From a virus: 17,582 nucleotides of DNA. The notes under the pieces were generated by a model that was not told where the DNA came from, did not search any database, and saw only the letters and a program-made list of their open reading frames with translations. Of the stretch, positions 13,949-17,582 are shown piece by piece (within the stretch, counting starts at the first letter, position 1; each line of letters begins with the position of its first letter). The stretch lies in UHGV virus genome UHGV-0144530; one strand, 5' to 3'. The position numbers and the translations under genes are program-made.

Positions 13949-14127
13949 GACGACAGCGACGAAGTATCACCGACATAATCTGCGAAAACTGCAAATACCT
14001 TCCAACGAAACGCTCCAGAAATAAACGCAAGCCAATCCCAAAAGAATCTGACGTAAAAACCTTCAATTACACGGCTCACCTGTGGGATATCCGGTGGCTT
14101 AGAGAACGTGCGAGGAAAACAAGGTGA
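13945..14127 (+). CDS. ninE: NinE
   Basis: 60 aa [60 protein letters not shown], recognised as lambda NinE; ATG overlaps the ninB stop. Confidence 0.75.
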   Translation: MRRQRRSITDIICENCKYLPTKRSRNKRKPIPKESDVKTFNYTAHLWDIRWLRERARKTR

Positions 14128-14294
14128 TTGACCCAAATCGAAGTTACGAACAAGGAAGTGTCGAGCGAGCTTTAACGTGCGCTAACTGCGGTCAGAAGCT
14201 GCATGTGCTGGAAGTTCACGTGTGTGAGCACTGCTGCGCAGAACTGATGAGCGATCCGAATAGCTCGATGCACGAGGAAGAAGACGATGGCTAA
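14124..14294 (+). CDS. ninF: NinF
   Basis: 56 aa from GTG 14124 (overlapping the ninE stop, GTGA); Cys-rich sequence ...[29 protein letters not shown]... recognised as lambda NinF; below the ORF-track cut-off. Confidence 0.65.
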   Translation: MIDPNRSYEQGSVERALTCANCGQKLHVLEVHVCEHCCAELMSDPNSSMHEEEDDG

Positions 14295-14898
14295 ACCAGC
14301 GCGAAGACGATGTAAAAACGATGAATGTCGGGAATGGTTTCACCCTGCATTCGCCAATCAGTGGTGGTGCTCTCCAGAGTGTGGAACCAAGATAGCACTC
14401 GAACGACGAAGCAAAGAACGCGAAAAAGCGGAAAAGGCAGCAGAGAAGAAACGACGACGAGAGGAGCAGAAACAGAAAGATAAACTGAAAATTCGAAAAC
14501 TCGCCTTAAAGCCCCGCAGTTACTGGATTAAACAAGCCCAACAAGCTGTAAACGCCTTCATCAGAGAAAGAGACCGCGACTTACCATGTATCTCGTGCGG
14601 AACGCTCACGTCTGCTCAGTGGGATGCCGGACATTACCGGACAACTGCTGCGGCACCTCAACTCCGATTTGATGAACGCAATATTCACAAGCAATGCGTG
14701 GTGTGCAACCAGCACAAAAGCGGAAATCTCGTTCCGTATCGCGTCGAACTGATTAGCCGTATCGGGCAGGAAGCAGTAGACGAAATCGAATCAAACCATA
14801 GCCGCCATCGCTGGACTGTCGAAGAGTGCAGGGCCATCAAGGCGGAGTATCAGCAGAAACTCAAAGACCTGCGAAATAGCAGAAGTGAGGCCGCATGA
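14287..14898 (+). CDS. ninG: NinG (Rap) recombination-associated protein
   Basis: 203 aa; Cys-rich N-terminus and a central lysine/glutamate-rich segment; recognised as near-identical to lambda NinG. Confidence 0.85.
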   Translation: MAKPARRRCKNDECREWFHPAFANQWWCSPECGTKIALERRSKEREKAEKAAEKKRRREEQKQKDKLKIRKLALKPRSYWIKQAQQAVNAFIRERDRDLPCISCGTLTSAQWDAGHYRTTAAAPQLRFDERNIHKQCVVCNQHKSGNLVPYRVELISRIGQEAVDEIESNHSRHRWTVEECRAIKAEYQQKLKDLRNSRSEAA

Positions 14899-15101
14899 CG
14901 TTCTCAGTAAAAACCATTCCAGACATGCTCGTTGAAGCATACGGAAACCAGACAGAAGTAGCACGCAGACTGAAATGTAGTCGCGGTACGGTCAGAAAAT
15001 ACGTTGATGATAAAGACGGGAAAATGCACGCCATCGTCAACGACGTTCTAATGGTTCATCGCGGATGGAGTGAAAGAGATGCGCTATTACGAAAGAATTG
15101 A
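14895..15101 (+). CDS. ninH: NinH
   Basis: 68 aa [37 protein letters not shown]..., recognised as lambda NinH; ATGA overlap with ninG. Confidence 0.8.
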   Translation: MTFSVKTIPDMLVEAYGNQTEVARRLKCSRGTVRKYVDDKDGKMHAIVNDVLMVHRGWSERDALLRKN

Positions 15102-15744
15102 TGGCAGCAAATACCGAAATATTTGGGTAGTTGGCGATCTGCACGGATGCTACACGAACCTGATGAAAAAACTGGAGACGATAGGATTCGACACCAAAAA
15201 AGACCTGCTTATCTCGGTGGGCGATTTGGTTGATCGCGGTACAGAGAACGTCGAATGCCTGGAATTAATCACATTCCCCTGGTTCAGAGCTGTACGTGGA
15301 AACCATGAGCAAATGATGATTGATGGCTTATCAGAGCGTGGAAACGTCAATCACTGGCTGCTTAATGGCGGTGGCTGGTTCTTTAATCTCGATTACGACA
15401 AAGAAATTCTGGCTAAAGCTCTTGCCCATAAAGCAGATGAACTTCCGTTAATCATCGAACTGGTGAGTAAAGGAAAAAAATATGTCATCTGCCACGCCGA
15501 TTATCCTTGTGATAAATACGAGTTTGGAAAGCCAGTTGATCATCAGCAGGTAATCTGGAACCGCGAACGAATCAGCAACTCACAAGACGGGATCGTGAAA
15601 GAAATCAAAGGCGCGGACACGTTCATCTTTGGTCATACGCCAGCAGTGAAACCACTCAAGTTTGCCAACCAGATGTATATCGATACCGGCGCAGTGTTCT
15701 GCGGAAACCTCACATTGATTCAGGTACAGGGAGAAGGCGCATGA
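15079..15744 (+). CDS. ninI: NinI serine/threonine protein phosphatase
   Basis: metallophosphatase motifs GDLHGC, GDLVDRG and GNHE; near-identical to lambda NinI; ATG at 15079 preferred over the ORF-track GTG at 15070. Confidence 0.85.
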   Translation: MRYYERIDGSKYRNIWVVGDLHGCYTNLMKKLETIGFDTKKDLLISVGDLVDRGTENVECLELITFPWFRAVRGNHEQMMIDGLSERGNVNHWLLNGGGWFFNLDYDKEILAKALAHKADELPLIIELVSKGKKYVICHADYPCDKYEFGKPVDHQQVIWNRERISNSQDGIVKEIKGADTFIFGHTPAVKPLKFANQMYIDTGAVFCGNLTLIQVQGEGA

Positions 15745-16364
15745 GACTCGAAAGCGTAGCTAAATTTCATTCGCCAAAAAGCCCGATGATGAGCGACTCA
15801 CCACGGGCTACTGCTTCTGACTCTCTTTCCGGTACTGATGTGATGGCTGCTATGGGGATGGCGCAATCACAAGCCGGATTCGGAATGGCTGCATTCTGTG
15901 GTAAGCACGAACTCAGCCAGAATGACAAACAAAAGGCTATCAACTATCTGATGCAATTTGCACACAAGGTATCGGGGAAATACCGTGGCGTGGCAAAGCT
16001 TGAAGGAAATACTAAGGCAAAGGTACTGCAAGTGCTCGCAACATTCGCTTATGCGGATTATTGCCGTAGTGCCGCTACGCCGGGCGCAAGATGCAGAGAT
16101 TGCCACGGTACAGGCCGTGCGGTAGATATAGCAAAAACAGAGCAGTGGGGGAGAGTTGTTGAGAAAGAGTGCGGAAGATGCAAAGGCGTCGGCTATTCCA
16201 GGATGCCAGCAAGCGCCGCATATCGCGCTGTAACGATGCTAATCCCAAACCTTACCCAACCCACCTGGTCACGCACTGTTAAGCCGCTGTATGACGCTCT
16301 GGTGGTGCAATGCCACAAAGAAGAGTCAATCGCAGACAACATTTTGAATGCGGTCACACGTTAG
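15741..16364 (+). CDS. Q: Q late-gene antiterminator
   Basis: 207 aa, lambda Q type, with the zinc-binding Cys cluster CRDCHGTG...CGRCKG; ATGA overlap with ninI. Confidence 0.9.
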   Translation: MRLESVAKFHSPKSPMMSDSPRATASDSLSGTDVMAAMGMAQSQAGFGMAAFCGKHELSQNDKQKAINYLMQFAHKVSGKYRGVAKLEGNTKAKVLQVLATFAYADYCRSAATPGARCRDCHGTGRAVDIAKTEQWGRVVEKECGRCKGVGYSRMPASAAYRAVTMLIPNLTQPTWSRTVKPLYDALVVQCHKEESIADNILNAVTR

Positions 16365-16406
16365 CAGCATGATTGCCACGGATGGCAACATATTAACGGC
16401 ATGATA

Positions 16407-16435
16407 TTGACTTTTTGAATAAAGTTGGGTAAATT
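16407..16435 (+). promoter_or_regulatory. pR' late promoter (Q-dependent; qut expected here)
   Basis: -35 TTGACT (16407-16412), 17 bp spacer, -10 TAAATT (16430-16435), in lambda-like context immediately downstream of Q. Confidence 0.7.
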
Positions 16436-16471
16436 TGACATCAACGATGGATAAATGCACTCGTTAAATAA

Positions 16472-16505
16472 AGCCCTGAGTTAATATCTCGGGGCTTTTT
16501 GCGTT
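16472..16505 (+). terminator. hairpin plus U-tract about 30-60 nt downstream of the pR' start
   Basis: AGCCCTGAG-ttaatat-CTCGGGGCT (one G-U pair) followed by TTTTTGCGTTTT. Confidence 0.5.
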
Positions 16506-16643
16506 TTAAGCACGGCCTTTCTGAAAGCACATCAAACCAAATACCAGACAGACAAAAATAATCACCTTATCCGCTGTGGCTACGGTGCGGTGTGCTTTGC
16601 ATAAAAGAAAACCAGCGCAATGGCTGGCTTCGTGAAAGCGGGT

Positions 16644-16678
16644 GGCATGAGGTTGCCCTAACAACCTCCTGCCGTTTT
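16644..16678 (+). terminator. second hairpin with U-run upstream of S
   Basis: GGCATGAGGTT-gccctaac-AACCTCCTGCC followed by GTTTTGCC, inside lambda-like sequence preceding S. Confidence 0.4.
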
Positions 16679-16778
16679 GCCCGTGCATATCGGTCACGAA
16701 CAAATCTGATTACTAAACACAGTAGCCTGGATTTGTTCTATCAGTAATCGACCTTATTCCTAATTAAATAGAGCAAAT

Positions 16779-16801
16779 CCCCTTATTGGGGGTAAGACAT
16801 G
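16779..16801 (+). promoter_or_regulatory. sdi-like stem-loop and dual-start translational control region of S
   Basis: CCCC-ttatt-GGGGG hairpin overlapping the Shine-Dalgarno sequence just upstream of ATG-AAG-ATG (Met1-Lys2-Met3). Confidence 0.6.
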
Positions 16802-17122
16802 AAGATGCCAGAAAAAAATGACCTGTTAGCCGCCATTCTCGCGGCAAAGGAACAAGGCATCGGGGCAATCCTTGCGTTTGCAATGGCGTACCTTCGCGGC
16901 AGATATAATGGCGGTGCGTTTACAAAAACAGTAATCGACGCAACGATGTGCGCCATTATCGCCTGGTTCATTCGTGATCTTCTCGACCTCGCCGGACTAA
17001 GTAGCAATCTCGCTTATATAACGAGCGTGTTCATCGGCTACATCGGTACTGACTCGATTGGTTCGCTTATCAAACGCTTCGCTGCTAAAAAAGCCGGAGT
17101 AGAAGATGGTGGAAATCAATAA
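16799..17122 (+). CDS. S: holin S (class I, dual-start S107/S105)
   Basis: 107 aa beginning MKMPEK, three hydrophobic segments and a charged C-terminus; lambda S type. Confidence 0.95.
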   Translation: MKMPEKNDLLAAILAAKEQGIGAILAFAMAYLRGRYNGGAFTKTVIDATMCAIIAWFIRDLLDLAGLSSNLAYITSVFIGYIGTDSIGSLIKRFAAKKAGVEDGGNQ

Positions 17123-17582
17123 TCAACGTAAGGCGTTCCTCGATATGCTGGCGTGGTCAGAGGGAACTGATAACGGACGTCAGAAAACCAGAAATCATGG
17201 TTATGACGTCATTGTTGGCGGAGAGCTATTCACTGATTACTCCGATCACCCTCGCAAACTTGTCACGCTAAACCCAAAACTCAAATCAACAGCAGCCGGA
17301 CGTTACCAGCTTCTTTCCCGTTGGTGGGATGCCTATCGTAAGCAGCTTGGCCTGAAAGACTTCTCTCCGAAAAGCCAGGACGCTGTGGCACTGCAACAGA
17401 TTAAAGAGCGTGGCGCTTTACCGATGATTGATCGCGGTGATATTCGTCAGGCTATCGACCGTTGCAGCAATATCTGGGCTTCACTGCCGGGCGCTGGTTA
17501 TGGTCAGTTCGAGCATAAGGCTGACAGCCTGATTGCAAAATTCAAAGAAGCAGGCGGAACGGTCAGAGAGATTGAGGTATGA
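17106..17582 (+). CDS. R: endolysin R (lytic transglycosylase)
   Basis: 158 aa; N-terminal catalytic region [24 protein letters not shown] with the catalytic Glu; lambda R type; complete, stop at 17580-17582. Confidence 0.95.
   Translation: MVEINNQRKAFLDMLAWSEGTDNGRQKTRNHGYDVIVGGELFTDYSDHPRKLVTLNPKLKSTAAGRYQLLSRWWDAYRKQLGLKDFSPKSQDAVALQQIKERGALPMIDRGDIRQAIDRCSNIWASLPGAGYGQFEHKADSLIAKFKEAGGTVREIEV

Noticed and set aside
15070-15078. GTG start for ninI at 15070
   Set aside because: The lambda NinI N-terminus begins MRYYE, matching the ATG at 15079; the GTG adds three residues with no support.
8954-16106. minus-strand ORFs in the right arm (8954..9229, 9421..9639, 10633..11367, 10686..10898, 11383..11832, 11442..11633, 12299..12589, 12891..13112, 13263..13550, 13333..13641, 13523..13717, 13912..14136, 15150..15350, 15867..16106)
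   Set aside because: Antisense to cro, cII, the primase-helicase, HNH, nin genes and Q; no RBS and no motifs.
16506-17007. minus-strand ORFs 16506..16703 and 16783..17007
   Set aside because: The first lies in the pR'-to-S leader and the second is antisense to the holin gene; neither has a start context.
1-17582. CRISPR arrays, tRNA/rRNA genes, IS elements or integrase
   Set aside because: No spaced direct-repeat array, no tRNA-like conserved arms, and no transposase or integrase ORF in the window; int probably lies just beyond position 1.

Overview
This window is the early region of a lambda-like (lambdoid) prophage from an enterobacterial host, read from the sequence and the ORF track alone with no database search. 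The leftward pL operon (minus strand, 7035 down to 1) runs N, orf120, a fossil N 3' end, small ORFs, cIII, kil, a Sak4-like ATPase plus SSB-tailed protein, Ea22-like/DUF551/nuclease-like accessory genes, a zinc-ribbon protein and an excisionase-like gene. The immunity region (7466-9560) has nutL, OL/pL, a bidirectional terminator, a cI-linked membrane protein, cI, OR/pRM/pR, cro, nutR and cII. The rightward operon (plus strand) carries a lambda-O-like initiator with an internal origin, a primase-helicase in place of lambda P, an AT-rich HNH-AP2 endonuclease island, ninB-ninI, Q, pR', and the lysis genes S and R. The cIII, nin, Q, S and R genes are nearly lambda-identical, whereas immunity, N, the replication partner and the recombination module are heterologous, so the element is a mosaic. 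The best candidates for something undescribed are the membrane/coiled-coil gene co-transcribed with cI (7792-8088), orf120 wedged between the resident N and a fossil N, and the AT-rich HNH-AP2 island with its flanking small membrane ORFs. No tRNA, rRNA, CRISPR array or transposase was seen. Coordinates of non-coding elements were counted by eye and may be off by 1-2 nt.
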